Of a stretch of 64,000 nt of DNA, positions 50,294 to 63,769 are shown one piece after another; the stretch's first letter is position 1; the number at the start of each line of letters is the position of its first letter. A model generated the notes under the pieces. The model ran no database searches. It was not told the DNA's origin and was given only the letters and a program-made list of their open reading frames with translations. The stretch comes from Squalus acanthias (taxonomy: Eukaryota): the NCBI GenBank assembly GCA_030390025.1, contig CM059432.1, positions 78,556,001 through 78,620,000 of the forward strand, written 5' to 3'. Both the position numbers and the translations under genes were made by a program.

Positions 50294-53112
50294 TAAATCT
50301 TTTCTATTCTTCCTACCAAAGTGGATAACTTCACATTTTCCCACATTATACTCCATCTGCCAAATTCTTGCCCACTCACTTAACCTACATATATCCCTTT
50401 GCAGACTCTTTATGTCATCCTCACAACTTGCTTTCCCACCTATCTTTGTATCGTCTGCAAATTTGGCTACAATACACTCGCTTCCTTCATCCAAATCATT
50501 AACATAGATTGAAAATAGTTGAGACCCCAGCACTGATCCCTGTGGCACCCGACTAGTTACAGATTGCCATCCTAAAAATGACCCATTTATCACGACTCTG
50601 CTTTCTGTTAGTTAGCCAATCCTCTATCCAATCTAATATATTACCCCCAACACCATGAGCTCTTATCTTATGCAGTGACCTTTTATGTGGCACCTTGTCG
50701 AATGCCTTTTGGAAATCCAAATACACTACATCTACTGGTTCCCCTTTATCCACCCTGCTCGTTACCTCCTCAAAGAACCCTAATAGATTTGTCAAACACG
50801 ATTTCCCTTTCATAAGACCATGTTGACTCTGTTTGATTTTATTATGATTTTCTAAATGCCCTGCTACTACTTCCTTAGTAATGGATTCGAGCATGTTGCC
50901 AATGACAGATGTTAGGCTAACTGGCCTATAGTTTCCTGCTTTCTGTCTCCCTCCTTTTTTGAATAAGGTTTTCCAATCCGCAGGGACTTTCGAGAGTCAA
51001 GGGAATTTTGGAAGATTACAACCAATGCATCCACTATCTCTATAGTCACTTCTTTTAAGACCCTAGGATGCAGGCCATCAGGTCAAGGGGACTTGTCAGC
51101 CTTTAGACCCATAAGTTTGCCTCGCACTTTTTCTCTAGTGATAGTGATTGTTTTAAGTTCCTCCCTCCCTTTTGCCCCTTGATTTTCTACTATTAGTGGG
51201 GTGTTTTTAGTGTCCTCTACTGTGAAGACAGATACAAAATATTTGTTCAATGCCACTTCCATTTCCTTGTTTCCCATTATTATTTCCCCAGTCTCGTCCT
51301 CTGAGGGACCAACATTTATTTTAGCTACTCTCTTCCTTTTTATATGGTTATATGGTTCTCACTCCTTGATCTAACGACTGCTATTGAAAAGTGTGTTTTG
51401 TGGATGTGACACAACAACAGAACTGGGCTCAGCTGTGGTGCTCCCCATGATTGAATAGACTGGCAAAGGTCATTATCTAGGCCCACACATGAAAAATTAC
51501 CACTTGAGCAAGGCAGTGAAAGGCTGACAGCACCTGTGGTATTGTACCCAACATGAATTTCCGCCATCAGGAGAGTAGGAGATAGAAATGGAAACATTGG
51601 AGAGATTAGCATATTAAATGAAGGACAAGGTTGGACTAATGTTACAAAGGATGAGGGCAGTTACAAGGATATTTGATTACTTAGGAGTACAGATTAATAC
51701 TGAATTATAACTGGATGCTATTAATTTGTGTGAAGGCAGAACACCGGGAAAGCATATGGAAAGGCAAGGTTTAAGTCATCTTTAGAAAAAACAAACTGCC
51801 ACTATTAGTTTGAATATTTAAAGAGATCAGAAAAAGATCAGTGTGTATATTAAACTATGGTGAAGGAAAAGCAGCACGGTGGATTAACAAACCAAAAAAA
51901 TGAGAAATATGGCAGAGAACCAAATAGAATTACCTTAAAATAACAAAGTGTAACAGTTGTGCAACAGAAGTACTGTAAAACCAATGTGTTGAGTTCACAA
52001 GCATAGAAGTCTCACCTGTGAATTTTATGCTAGACGCTGGCTGGGAAAGCATTGGTCACAACATAAATCCCCAGGCTGCATCAAGGAATGACTAGTTCAC
52101 AGACTTTATGGTATTTATACAGCCATCGCTCAATATGTCTTTTAGGTGCCTATAGTCAAGCCTCTGCCTTTAAAATAACTAATTGTATAATGAAACAGGA
52201 AAAGGAATTATTCTACTCAAAATCCAACTGAAGTTTAACTACATTTTTTTTCAAATCCCAAGAGATTATTTTCCAGGTTAGAGGTGGAAGGACACATTTG
52301 GCAGATTTTTCACAGATTTCAAGAACAAAACTGTGGCTGGAATTCTCTGCTGAATCATCCATCAGAAAGATAGCAGTGCAGGGAATCCTCGTCATAGGTG
52401 TGGAATGCAATATGTGGTGCATCATAGTGTATCCAAAGGCAGCACGTTTGCACTAAGGGGATGAACTTCCTCGAAGTGAGTTACCCCACTGTTGCACCTT
52501 TAAGAGCTACACGTGGGTTTCCCGGGTCTGCTTATTTTCATACTGTAAAATCCATGTAAAATGTGTGTAAGCAGCTGAACTGCTTGGAAACTCCTGAGCA
52601 CCCTTTAACAGCACTGTACAGACTGAGCTCTTTAGCAGCAGACTGGGGGACAGTCAACTAAGAGAGGAATAGTGCTTGGTTCTTTCACTTCACTTTCAAA
52701 TAACTTCACTGCATGTCTTAGCAATATCTTTATTATACTTATATCGAATAATGAACATTCAAAGATCATCTGGACCCAGAGGGACAACAGGGCATGGCCC
52801 CATCTAGAAGAACACATAAATTTACAGATTGAGACCTCCAAGCCTTCCACGAGGAGTTTTGAACATACAAACATATGAAAAATAGATGGCCAGAAAAAGA
52901 TCAGCTAATATAGAGTCTGGCCCATTCAATATAGCTAATACAGAGTCTGTCCCAATGCTTCACATCCAGCAGCATCAATGCAATCTCCTGGGAGATTTTT
53001 AAAAAACTGATTAAAAAAGCCTAGGTAGGTCAAGTCAGGGAAAAAAAAGAAATCTGGGAAATTCTTCTCCGCCCTAACAGCGCCATTTGCAAATTTGTAT
53101 ATACAACTCTAT

Positions 53113-54005
53113 GGGGGAAAAATTCAGTCGCGCCCCGTTTGGGGCGCAAATATCGTCCGGGCGCAAAAATTAGCGCCTGGCGCTAATTATCGCCACTGAC
53201 TGGAAACTTCACTTTTAACGCCCCTGGAGGTGATTGGAGCGCTAAATCAGGCGCTGCACACCTGTCTTAAGGCACAAAGGGCGAGGAGTGAGGCGCTAAC
53301 TCAGAGCGCTGGCGAAGCTCATGTAATGTCAGTCAGCAATGGAACACACACACAATGGCACGGGCCAGTTCTTAAAGGGGATGGTTAATCTTGCTTTCCA
53401 TCCACATCCTACTCATTGCAGCCTTGAATCTCGGCCTGGAGAGACTTGCACATCAAATGTGCTGGAAAGAACAATGGAGAGTACCAGGCAAAGAGCTCAG
53501 AGTGCAGCCCCCACAGTCTCTGCTGAATCAATACAAGGAATGGAAAATCAAAATGAACCTGCAAAGTGCTGCTCAGTACCCAAAACTCCTTCACACAACG
53601 TTGAATCTCTCCAGAAGTCTCTCCCTCTCTCTCTCAGAATGCGTAGTTCAAAAATGGCACCAACAATAAAAGACAGGAAGCGGTCACCTTTAAATAGCGC
53701 TCCCCCTTTCCCTTCATGACTGCAGAACGCTCCCCTCAACCTGTCGTTGCTAGCGTCAGGCGGTAAGGCAGGGGGCGCCACTCAATATCCGCTCCGGGGC
53801 GATACCGGGGCGTTGCACACTCGAGTGACGTCATGATCTGCCGGCGCAGGAGATCGTGGCGGTAGTGTTTAGCGCCGCCGCAAAATGTCTAGTTAATTTC
53901 TCGAGTGGCGCAAACTTCACCGCGCCCGGGCGCTAGCTGCTTTGCGCCCCATTAGCGCCCTCTTAAGGCGCTAACGGGAGGCGCAACCAACTGAATTTTT
54001 CCCCC
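53113..54005. mobile_element. Harbinger family A MITE (deletion derivative)
   Basis: Perfect 16-bp TIR GGGGGAAAAATTCAGT; TSD TAT; arms match both ends of 43947-48396. Confidence 0.92.
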
Positions 54006-54640
54006 TATATTCCTTCAACCAAGTCATTGATGTATATGGTGAAAAGTTGAGACCCCAGTACAGATCTCTGGGGAACACCACTTCTTGCATCCCGCGAATC
54101 AGAGAAAGTTCCCTTTATCCTTATTCTCTGTCTTCTAACTCCAAACCAATTACCGACACATGTCGCAAGATTACATACAATTCTTTATGCTCCCATTTCT
54201 TCTAATAATTTCTTGTGCACACCTTATCAAATGCCTTCTGGTAGTCCATATAAACAACATCCATAGACAGTCCCCTATCCACTATGCTAGTAACCTCCTC
54301 AAAAATCTAACTAGATTTGTCAGACGTGACCTACTCTTCACGCATCCATGCTGACTCTGATCATCTCATACGTGTCCAAGTGTTCAGTCACTCTGCCGCT
54401 GATGATAGATTTTAGTAACTTCCCCAAAACTGATGTTAAACTGACGGGTCTGTAGTTAACTGATTTCTCCCTCCGTCTTTAAATAATGGAGTGACATTTA
54501 CATTTTTCAAATCCAAAGACACACTTCCCGAATCTAGAGAGCTTTAGAAAATTATAACTTACACGTATGCAATTTCCTCACATATTTCTTTTAAAATTCT
54601 GGGATGGAAACCATCACATCTTGAACATTTGTCTATCTTA
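54006..54640 (-). mobile_element. Older CR1 fragment
   Basis: Degenerate PQGSVLG, AFDKV and DGFHPRILKE motifs. Confidence 0.75.
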
Positions 54641-54649
54641 TACTCAAGT

Positions 54650-55045
54650 GTCAGCCTTGGTTCAGTTGTAGCACTCTTGCCTCTGAGGCAAAAAGTCAGA
54701 CAAACCCCACTCCAGAAACTTGAGCACAAAATTCTAGGCTGACACTTCAGTAGAGTATTGAGGGAGTATGGCACAGTTAGAAGTGCCACATTTCAGAAGA
54801 GACATTAAACCAAGGCCCCATCTGCCCTCTCATGGCACTATTCAAAGAAGAGCAGGAGAGTTCTGGTCACAAGATCATTAAAAAAACAGATTTAATTTCT
54901 GCTGTGGGACCTTGCTACGTGCCAATTGGCTGCCATGTTTCCTTCATTACAACAGCGATGATGCTTCAATAGTACTTAATTTGCTGTGGAGCTGTGATGT
55001 CCTGAGAATATGAAAGGCACTAAATAAATGCAAGTTTATTCTTTC
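54650..55045 (+). mobile_element. Deu-domain SINE (SacSINE1-like)
   Basis: GTCAGCC..GG(T)TCAGT head, Deu core, tail GAAAGGCACTAAATAAATGCAAG; homologous to 18047-18410. Confidence 0.75.
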
Positions 55046-56155
55046 TCAATGCCAGAACTTAGTGTAGCTAGGAGGATTATGAGAAAGGACAAAGTAGAAT
55101 GAAGACTGCAAATGTCAATTATATAATTTATCTCATTCACGCACCTCTTGATAGTTAATTGAACCTTTCATATTAGCAGTTTTTTGACACAAAAATGACA
55201 GTGAGGTATCAATATTATTGAAAAGAATTATTCCAGAAAGTTTCCTGCGTACATAATGAATTTCTAAGAGTTCCGATATGACACCAGCATTCCTAATGGT
55301 ATGATGAAGCTCAAAGCGAATTATCTTACTATCTTTACACAAAGTAATTAGTATGAACTTTGTTTTTCTTTACTGAGCTAATATTGTTCCATATAACGCC
55401 TTCATAATAGAACCAGTTCAACTTCCAACCAAACAGGTTAAAATAATTTAAGCTGTCAGAACTTACTTGCTTTCCTCTACATCCTGTCCAACCAAAAGGG
55501 ACCTTCACTTCATGCAACATTGTACAGTTTAGTAATAACAGTAAAAACTATTAAATGTAAATTAATGGCAGAGGTCTGAAACCAACCCAAAGAGAAAGCA
55601 AGCAGGATTTAATTGCTTTCCTTAATATGCTGTTTTAACAAACTGTGTGCATGCAAGGTCTCAATAGCTTATAACAGGGTATCTGACATTAAAAAAAAAT
55701 CAATTATTAAAAGTTGTCATTATTTATCTCTCAGTTCCATTCAGGCTACCATCACTGAACTAATCAATCAGATTGATTCAGCCAACATCAATCATCTGTG
55801 AGCCCCTAACTTGTCAAGATTCACACAAAGTTTTTCAGTGGAAACAGTTTTTTAAAAAGAAAATCAAGACATAAACAATTTAAAACTTCCAGACCAGTCC
55901 ATTTATTTTTTCCTTCCACTCTTAGGGTTCTTCTCATGCGTTGCTTGATACCGCATCTGAGAGATTAAGGAGTTAACTGGCTCCTAGGCCTCACCCAAAT
56001 GCTGTGTTGGAATCAATAAATGGTATGCAAAAGCCACCAGCCCAAATTGACATGCCTTCCAATTCTGTGGAACTAAAGAAAGAATTTACATTTATATAGC
56101 ACCTTACACAATCTCAGGATGTCTCAAAGCCCTTCACAGCCACCTAATTACTTCT

Positions 56156-56648
56156 AAGAACATAAGAACATAAGAAATAGGAGCAGGAGTAGGCCATTTG
56201 GCCCTTCAAGCCTGCTCCACCATTCAATAAGATCATGGCTGATCTTCTTCCTCATCTCCACTTTCCTGCACTATCCCCATATCCCTTGATTCCCTTAATA
56301 TTCAAAAATCTATCGATCTCTGTCTTGAATAAACTCAACGACTGAGCCTTCACAGCCCTCTGGGGTAGAGAATTCCAAAGATTCACCACCCTCTGAGTGA
56401 AGAAATTTCTCCTCATCTCAGTCCTAAATGGCTGATCCCTTATTCTGAGACTGTGACCCCTGGTTCTGGACTCCCCAGCCAGGGGAAACATCCTCCCTGC
56501 ATCTACCCTGTCAAGCTCTGTAAGAATTTTGTATGTTTCAATGAGATCACCTCTCATTCTTCTAAACTCTAGAGAATATAGGCCTAGCCTACTCAATCTC
56601 TCCTCATAAGACAATCCCTCCATCCCAGGAACCAGTCTGGTGAATCTT
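56156..56648 (-). mobile_element. CR1 3' fragment inside a SINE tail (~56080-56790)
   Basis: RFTRLVPGMEGLSYEERL..GKWR; ATAAGAAC tail. Confidence 0.85.
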
Positions 56649-56790
56649 TTGTAATGTAGAGTAGTCACTGCTATAATGTAAGGAAACACAGCCACCAATT
56701 TGTACACAACGAGGTCCCACAAACAACAATGAGATAAATGACAAGATAATCCTATATTTTTAAGTAAAGTTGGTTAAGAATAAATATTGT

Positions 56791-58610
56791 CATAAGAACA
56801 TAAGAAATAGGAGCAGGAGTAGGCCATTTGGCCCCTCGAGCCTGCTCCGCCATTCAATAAGATCATGGTTGATCTAATCTTGGCCTCAACACCACTTTCC
56901 CGCCCGCTCCCCATAACCCTTGACTCCCCTGTAGCTCAAATATCTGTCTATCTCAGCCTTGAATATATTCAATGACTCCACCTCCACAGCTCTCTGCGGT
57001 AGAGAATTCCAAAGATTCACGACCCTCAGAAGAAATTCCTCCTCAGCTCCGTTTTAAATAGGCGACCCCTTATTCTGAAACTATGCCCCCTAGTTCTAGA
57101 TTCTCCCACGAGGGGAAACATCCTCCCTGCATCTACCCAATCAAGCCCCCTCGGAATCTTATATGTTTCAATAAGATCACCTCTTATTCTTCTAAACTCC
57201 AATGAGTATAGGCCCAACCTGCTCAACCTTTCTTCATAAGACAACCCCTTCATCTCAGGAATCAACCTAGTGAACCTTCTCTGAACTGCCTCCAAGGCAA
57301 GTATATCCCTCCTTAAATAAGGAGACCAAAACTGTACTCCAGATATGGTCTCACCAATACCCTGTACAGTTGTAGCAAGACTTCCCTACTTTTATACTCC
57401 ATCCCCCTTGCAATAAGGGCCAACATTCCATTTGCCTTCCTAATTACTTGCTGTAACTGCATGCTAACTTTTTGCGTTTCATGTATGAGGACCCCCAGAT
57501 CCCTCTGTACCGCAGCATTTTGTAGTCTCTCTCTATTTAAATAAAAATGTGCTTTTTTATTCTTCCTACCAAAGTGGATAACCTCACATTTTCCCACATT
57601 ATACTCCATCTGCCAAATGTTTGCCCACTCACTTAACCTATCTATATCCCTTTGCCGACTCTGTGTGTCCTCCTCACAACTTGCTTTCCCACCTATCTTT
57701 GTATCAGCAAATTTGGCTACAATACACTCGGTCCCTTCATCCAAGTCATTAATATAGATTGTAAATAGTTGAGGCCCCAGCACTGATCCCTGTGGCACCC
57801 CACTAGTTACAGTTTGCCATCCTGAAAATGACCCATTTATCCCAACTCTCTGTTTTCTGTTAGTTAGCCAATCCATGCTAATATATTACTCTCAACTCCA
57901 TGAGCTCTTATCTTGTGCAGTAATCTTTTATGTGGCACCTTATTAAATGCCTTCTGGAAATCCAAATACACTACATCTACTGGTTCCCCTTTATCCACCC
58001 TGCTCGTTACATCCTCAAAGAACTCTAGTAAATTTGTCAAACACAATTTCCCTTTCATAAAACCATGTTGACTCTGCTTGATTGTATTGTGATTTTCTAA
58101 ATGTCCTTAATAATGGATTCCAGCATTTTCCCAATGACAGATGTAAGGCTAACTGGCCTATAGTTTCCTGCTTTCTGTCTCCCTCCTGTCTTGAATAGGG
58201 GCATTACATTTGCAGTTTTCCAATCCGCTGGGAACTCTCCAGAATCCAGGGAATTTTGGAAGATTACAACCAATGCATCCACTATCTCTGCAGCCACTTC
58301 TTTTAAGACCCTAGGATGCAGGCCATCAGATCCAGGGGACTTGTCAGCCTTTAGTTCCATTAGTTTGCCTAGTGCCTTTTCTCTAGTGATAGTGATTGTT
58401 TTAAGTTCCTCCCTCCCTATAGCCCATTGATTATCAATTATTATTGGGATGCTTTTAGTGTCTTCTACCGTGAAGACTGACACAAAATATTTGTTCATAG
58501 TCTCTGCCATTTTGTTGTTTCCCATTATTAACTCCCCAGTCTCATCCTCTACGGGACCAATGTTTACTTTGGCTACTCTCTTCCTTTTTATATACCTGTA
58601 GAATCTCTTA
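56791..58610 (-). mobile_element. CR1 LINE, truncated at a Harbinger
   Basis: RT motif series [29 protein letters not shown]. Confidence 0.9.
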
Positions 58611-61162
58611 GGCCGCGATTTTCCCAGCGGAGTCAGGTTGGAGTCGGGTTGGCTGGTCAGCGGGTTCCGGTCCCGCTGCCGGTTTCAGCCGCTCCGAAAT
58701 AACAATTTTCATTTAACTGGGTGTGTGCCCAATCATTGGGTTCAGGTGTGCTGCTTGCCTCTGCTGACATCTTCGATTCAGGTGCATTTAAGGGGCCCAT
58801 GTAGCCTTTGGATTTCATTTCCTTTCTGATGCTCCTGATAACTGGTCTTTGGAAGATGACTGCTGCAAGAGCAAAGCTGCTCCTCGATTTGATGATGACT
58901 CCCTCCATACTCTTGTGGAGGGAGTAAGAAGGCGCCAGGAGGTTCTGTTCCCTCCCAATGGCCGGAGAAAGCCTCCTCAGCACACAAAGGCAGCTCGGCT
59001 GCAAATTGCCGAGGCGGTAAGCGCTAGGTCGTTGTGTTGACGCACCTGGGTGCAGTGCCGAAAAAGGTTCAATGATCTGCTATGCACAGCAAAAGTGAGT
59101 ATAACATCACACTTACGTTCAATCTGCTTCCCATCTGTTCTCATCACCAGCACTCTGCATTGTCAGCCTACTCCTCCACATCCCAACTTACCCTTACTTC
59201 CCTTGCACCCTTACCTACCCCTCTCTCTCTATGTACAGAATCACTTCACCATCCTACTATGCACCCCTCACACTCGCTCTCACTGTTATGCGATGACAAT
59301 AACTAACAATGCACAGGGAGGCACCTTGGTATTGGCACCTCACTCCATCTTTGTCTCCCTCTAAGCTTCTATGTTATGGAGTCTTTACACTCACTCCATC
59401 AATCTCGTTGAAACTCCACTTGTGTCCCTCATTGCAGGAAAAGAGAGCCCACAATAAGAGGGAGAGGGAGGACAGGAGGAGGCCCACCTTCGATGGCGCA
59501 TTTAACAAATGCTGAGGAGGCTGCTCTCGACATCGTTGCAGGTGCAGAGGAGCTGGAAGTGGGGGATGGAGAGACAGGCGCAGTAGAGCAAGCTGGTGAC
59601 ACAATAGATTTGCAACCCTCTCATTTAGATTTCATGAGTGACTGAGATGGCATATGATGTTCATAGAGATTGACTTCTGATCATCTGCACAATAGGATGT
59701 GTTGGCTACCTAAATATCACATGTCTAACTCATGCCTTTACTCCCCCACAGGACCATTGAGAGCCCCCCTCCCCACTGTCCAGGAGGAAGAGCCGTAAGA
59801 CTCCTCAGAGGAACCTGCAGCCTCTGAGGGAGCAACATCACCAGAAATCAGCGCAGCCAGCACCAGCACAGATACGCACACCTCAGTGGGTCATTCGCGA
59901 CATAGAGTAGTGTTGTCACCTGGTGTATCACAGCTCACAAGTCAGCATCAGCAGATGGTGGAGACAGGGACAGCAGTGGAGAGTCCTCATTGGAGGTTGC
60001 AGAACGCTCCCAGCTCTGCTCAGCTGTATGTAGACACTGTGCCTCTGGGGCCATCCAGAAGGAGAGCGGTGCTGGAACTTCAGGAACAAGTGCAGGAGTC
60101 TCTGACAGGGTTTGCATCCACGGTAACTGCGAGTGTGCAAAGAATGGAGGAGTCCATGTCAAACATGAGCAATGCGGTGGTGCACGCAATGGCGAATGTA
60201 GGTGCTGCCATGGAAAGGATGGCAACCTCCATGGAGGACATAAATCACCAGACTCAAATGAACATGGCGACTCTTCTAAATAGATGGTCAGATATGGAGG
60301 ATAGATGGACATCTATTGAGGAGAGACACCAGAGGTACATGGACATCCCCGTTATGAGGACTGTCAGTACAGAGACGGGTCCTCATGGCCCCACTGATGT
60401 GCAGCAAGGTGCTCTCCAGCCACTTGCTAGCAGTGAAATGCGGGTGACCCATGAGAGAGATGTTGGTGGTCGACAACAAGGAAGTGTGGGCTCCTCTCCA
60501 AGCACTCACACTCCCATGCCACTGCGGAGCCTTCGGTCAGAGCCCCAGATTTCTCACCTAACTGAGATGGCCATCTCAGCCCCTGCACAGTCGCAGGAGG
60601 AGCAGACTGTTGCGGAGCCCTCCCAGGCTCCCAAACCCAGAGGACGTCTGCCAAAGGCGTCTAAGCAGGCACAGCATAGAAGTGAGCAAGGTGCCTCTAC
60701 ATCTGCTGAGCCACGGGGGAAGCACCACATAGAAGCACGTGTGAGAGAAATTTAACACACAAATAGTCACAAGGATAGTCACTTGGGTGTTTTGATCTCA
60801 TACAAAGTAATGTTTGTCATCGTGATTTTAAATGTATTAAAGAAATGCAATGGCAAAGTTTCAAAGAGTTGGCCTATGTGTGCTCAGAAATGGAAGTGTC
60901 ACAGTGAGGGGTCAGGGTGCCTTTCATCTGTAATGATAGTGCTGAGAGTGATAGGAAACCACAGTTTATTGTACAGATGCTGTGTGGTGTGTTAAGAAGG
61001 TCTGCTAGACATTCATTTACATATGCCAGCCACATGTGGTTGATGCGTAAAGTTACGCGAATCTGGCATGGATTAGTGTATCCCTTGCCTCACGGCCAGC
61101 AGGTGGTCGCACGCTGATGGAATTGGCACATCCGCCTCCGCAAAGTGTTCCTCATCTGCTGC

Positions 61163-61193
<31 letters not shown>

Positions 61194-61753
61194 GAGGAGG
61201 CTGTGCGTTGAGCCACTTGTTCCTCAGGGAGCGCTAAGCCACGCTGCTGTGTGATGTTGTGCAGGGCACAGCAGACCACGATGATTCTGGAGGCCTTGGC
61301 TGGTGCATACTGTACGGCTCCACCAGATCTGTCGAGGCATCTGAATTGCATTTTGAGCAAGGCAATGGTTTGCTCTATGATGCTTCTGGTGGAAATGTGG
61401 CGCACACTGTAGCACTCCTCAGCTTCGTTTGATGGCCTCCTCATCAGTGTCATTAGCCACTATTTCAGGGGAGAGTCCTTCTCCAAATAGCCATCCGGAA
61501 AGTTGGGTTGGCGGATTGAAGAGCGGAGGCACAGTAGACTGCTGCAGGATGAACATGTCATGGCAACTGCCAGGGAACTTGGCGCAAACATGCATAATGT
61601 TCTCCCTGTGGTTACACACCAGCTGGACGTTAAGGGAATGGAAGCCCTTGCGCTGATAACAAATACAGCTGGGTTGTGATGGGGTGCCCTAATGGCCACA
61701 TGTGTGCAGTCTACGACACCCTGCACCCTTGGGAAGCCTGCCATATTTGCAAA
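58611..61753. mobile_element. Degraded Harbinger (one TIR, Myb-like gene on +, transposase 3' part on -)
   Basis: TTA|GGCCGCGATTTTCC terminus; Myb exons ~58856-59094, 59438-59596, 59752-60755 with stops; transposase 61073-61753 (VVDCTHV, PGSCHD, RSIIEQTI). Confidence 0.85.
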
Positions 61754-62500
61754 GCGGTCACCCAATCTGCGTTTGGTCTCCCCAATGTAGAGGAGACCAC
61801 ATTGTGAGCAGCAAATACAGTATACTAAATTGCAAGAAGTACAAGTAAATCGCTGTTTCACCTGGAAGGGGTGTTTGGGACCCTGGAAGTGGGAAGTGGG
61901 GAGGGATAAGGGTATGTGTTGCATCTCCTGCGCTTGCACAGGAAGGTGCCGGGCGAAGGGGAAGGGGTGTTGGGGGTGATAGAGGAGTGGACCAGGGTGT
62001 CGCGGAGGGAGCGGTCCCTTCGGAATGCTGAAAGGGGAGGTGAGGGAAAGATGTGTTTGGTGGTGGGATCACGCTGGAGGTGGCGGAAATGGCAGAGGAT
62101 GATCCGTTGAATGTGGAGGCTGGTGGGGTGAAAGATGAGGACAAGGGGAACTCTATCGTGGTTCCAGGAGGGAGGGACAGGGGTGAGGGCAGAAGTGCAG
62201 GAGATAGAATGGACACGGTCAAGAGCCGTGTCAACCACAGTAGAGGGGAATCTTCGGTTGAGGAAAAAGGAAGACATGTCAGAAGCACTGTTCTTTCATC
62301 CCCTCCCCCCTTTCCCAGCCCCTACACTTGTTTAAAAATCTGTTCCATTTCCTGCTTTTTTTCAGTTCTGATGAAAGGTCATCGACCTGAAACGTAACTC
62401 TGTTTCTCTCTTCACAGATGCTGCCTGACCTGCTGAGTATCTCCAGCATTTTCTGTTTTTATTTCAGATTTCCAGCATCTGCAGTATTTTCTTTTTGTAT
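61749..62500 (-). mobile_element. Penelope-like fragment with inverted pLTR
   Basis: 61749-62285 homologous to 40120-40660; 62290-62500 is the pLTR in opposite orientation. Confidence 0.85.
62364..62399 (+). ncRNA. Hammerhead motif (one base missing at cleavage site)
   Basis: AGTT-CTGATGA-AAGGTC-ATC-GACCT-GAAA-CGT-AACT. Confidence 0.65.
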
Positions 62501-63769
62501 TTCAGCATGTTGGCTAAAGTGGAATCTTCAATTACTTGTGAATCCAGTGACACAGGGCAAACTAACTGGCTGCATTGAGCACAAATCAACACTTAAACCC
62601 ACGATGAGGTTAGGGAGCATAGAAAATGAATGTGGTCTTTGCTTTCAGAAGGTTTTGCAGAGATGAAGGATGTCATTTAGTATGATCTTGACCTAACCAA
62701 TAGCAGCATGCAAAACAATATGCAATGTGTGTGATATAACAGATAGGATGTCGGCTCTCAGGCCAGTGACCTGTCGTAGAGCCCATACCACACGCACGCC
62801 CAGAAGACGTTGTCTACTGCAATGGTTCAAGCTATTCTGTCAATAATGCTCGATCATCCTCACACAACAAATTGTGTATTTCTGATGGAACAAAGTTCTT
62901 TCTACTATGGGGAATCACGAGCATCACAGACAAAAACATGTGTACTAGATGAAAAGAAGCAGAAGCGTCACATGTTAAAACTACCTAAAAGATCCTGCAT
63001 ACATTGCAATACTGGATCACAAGTTATAAGTCACTTACAGTATATCCTTGTGTATATTGACTAGTTGGTGTTAACGTAACAACAAATATGCCATCATACA
63101 GGTAATGGGCAGAGATGGGAAGATTATTACCCACAATATATATGTATGGACAGATAATGGTAATTGGCAATTTTGTGCAATTGAAGAGATGTCTTATGCA
63201 AATTTACCAAAGACAGACAATGTGATTTGTGGCAGTCACATCAACACAAGTGATACCTTCAACCAAAATGCTGTTCAGTGAGGCTGACTTTAAACTCTTG
63301 TATCAGCGTAGATATATCCCCCACTACCCTAGTGCATTTCACTTCTCTCATTATCAACTGCACTTGGACATATAAATCAACCAACCTACCTTGCTTAAGC
63401 AACAGTGGAGGTCCAATTTCTGGTGAATCTTCTGACTTGCTGGCAGAGCACTGACCTCCCTCCTTAGCTTTTTAAGTGCACTGAGCTAGCTTAGCACATT
63501 AGCACGTTGTGACTTAAAATTGCAAGCACTTATACTGAGTTGACTGGCTCAGCCTTTGTTCATGGTCCGTGCTCCAGTTTGTTTTTTAAATCTAAGAATT
63601 TTTTTGTTCCCCATTCAGAAAGAGGAATCCAATCATTTATACTATCTCGTACTTAAATTCTGTTGTAGGTGCGTTGGAGGTAGATTTGGAAAATGGACTT
63701 CTGCACCTGTGGACCTACTGAAGAGCATAGACTAGTCTAAACAGGGCATAGCAATGTACACTAATACAA

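Larger units (their letters stand above)
43570..51342 (-). mobile_element. CR1 LINE carrying three later insertions
   Basis: Collinear pieces 43570-43946, 48397-48789, ~50294-51342. Confidence 0.88.
43450..51570 (+). mobile_element. Old tRNA-SINE (AmnSINE2-like) split by ~7.8 kb of nested inserts
   Basis: 5' part ~43450-43568 (ATCCCTGGTCTGAGCCGAATTA..GGGTTAGGGAG); 3' part ~51355-51570 (GGGCTCAGCTGTGGTGCTCCCC); family name from recollection only. Confidence 0.45.

Noticed and set aside
52270..52430. Possible host exon after TTTTCCAG
   Set aside because: No recognisable peptide or strong donor
55130..55530. Possible host exon on minus strand (GTAAGT donor at 55461-55466)
   Set aside because: Translations not recognisable and no consistent exon chain; needs RNA-seq or conservation data
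7719..61753. Shared breakpoint hotspot near the transposase GFPxVQG motif (7719, 38199, 61750)
   Set aside because: Only three events with different mechanisms; compatible with chance
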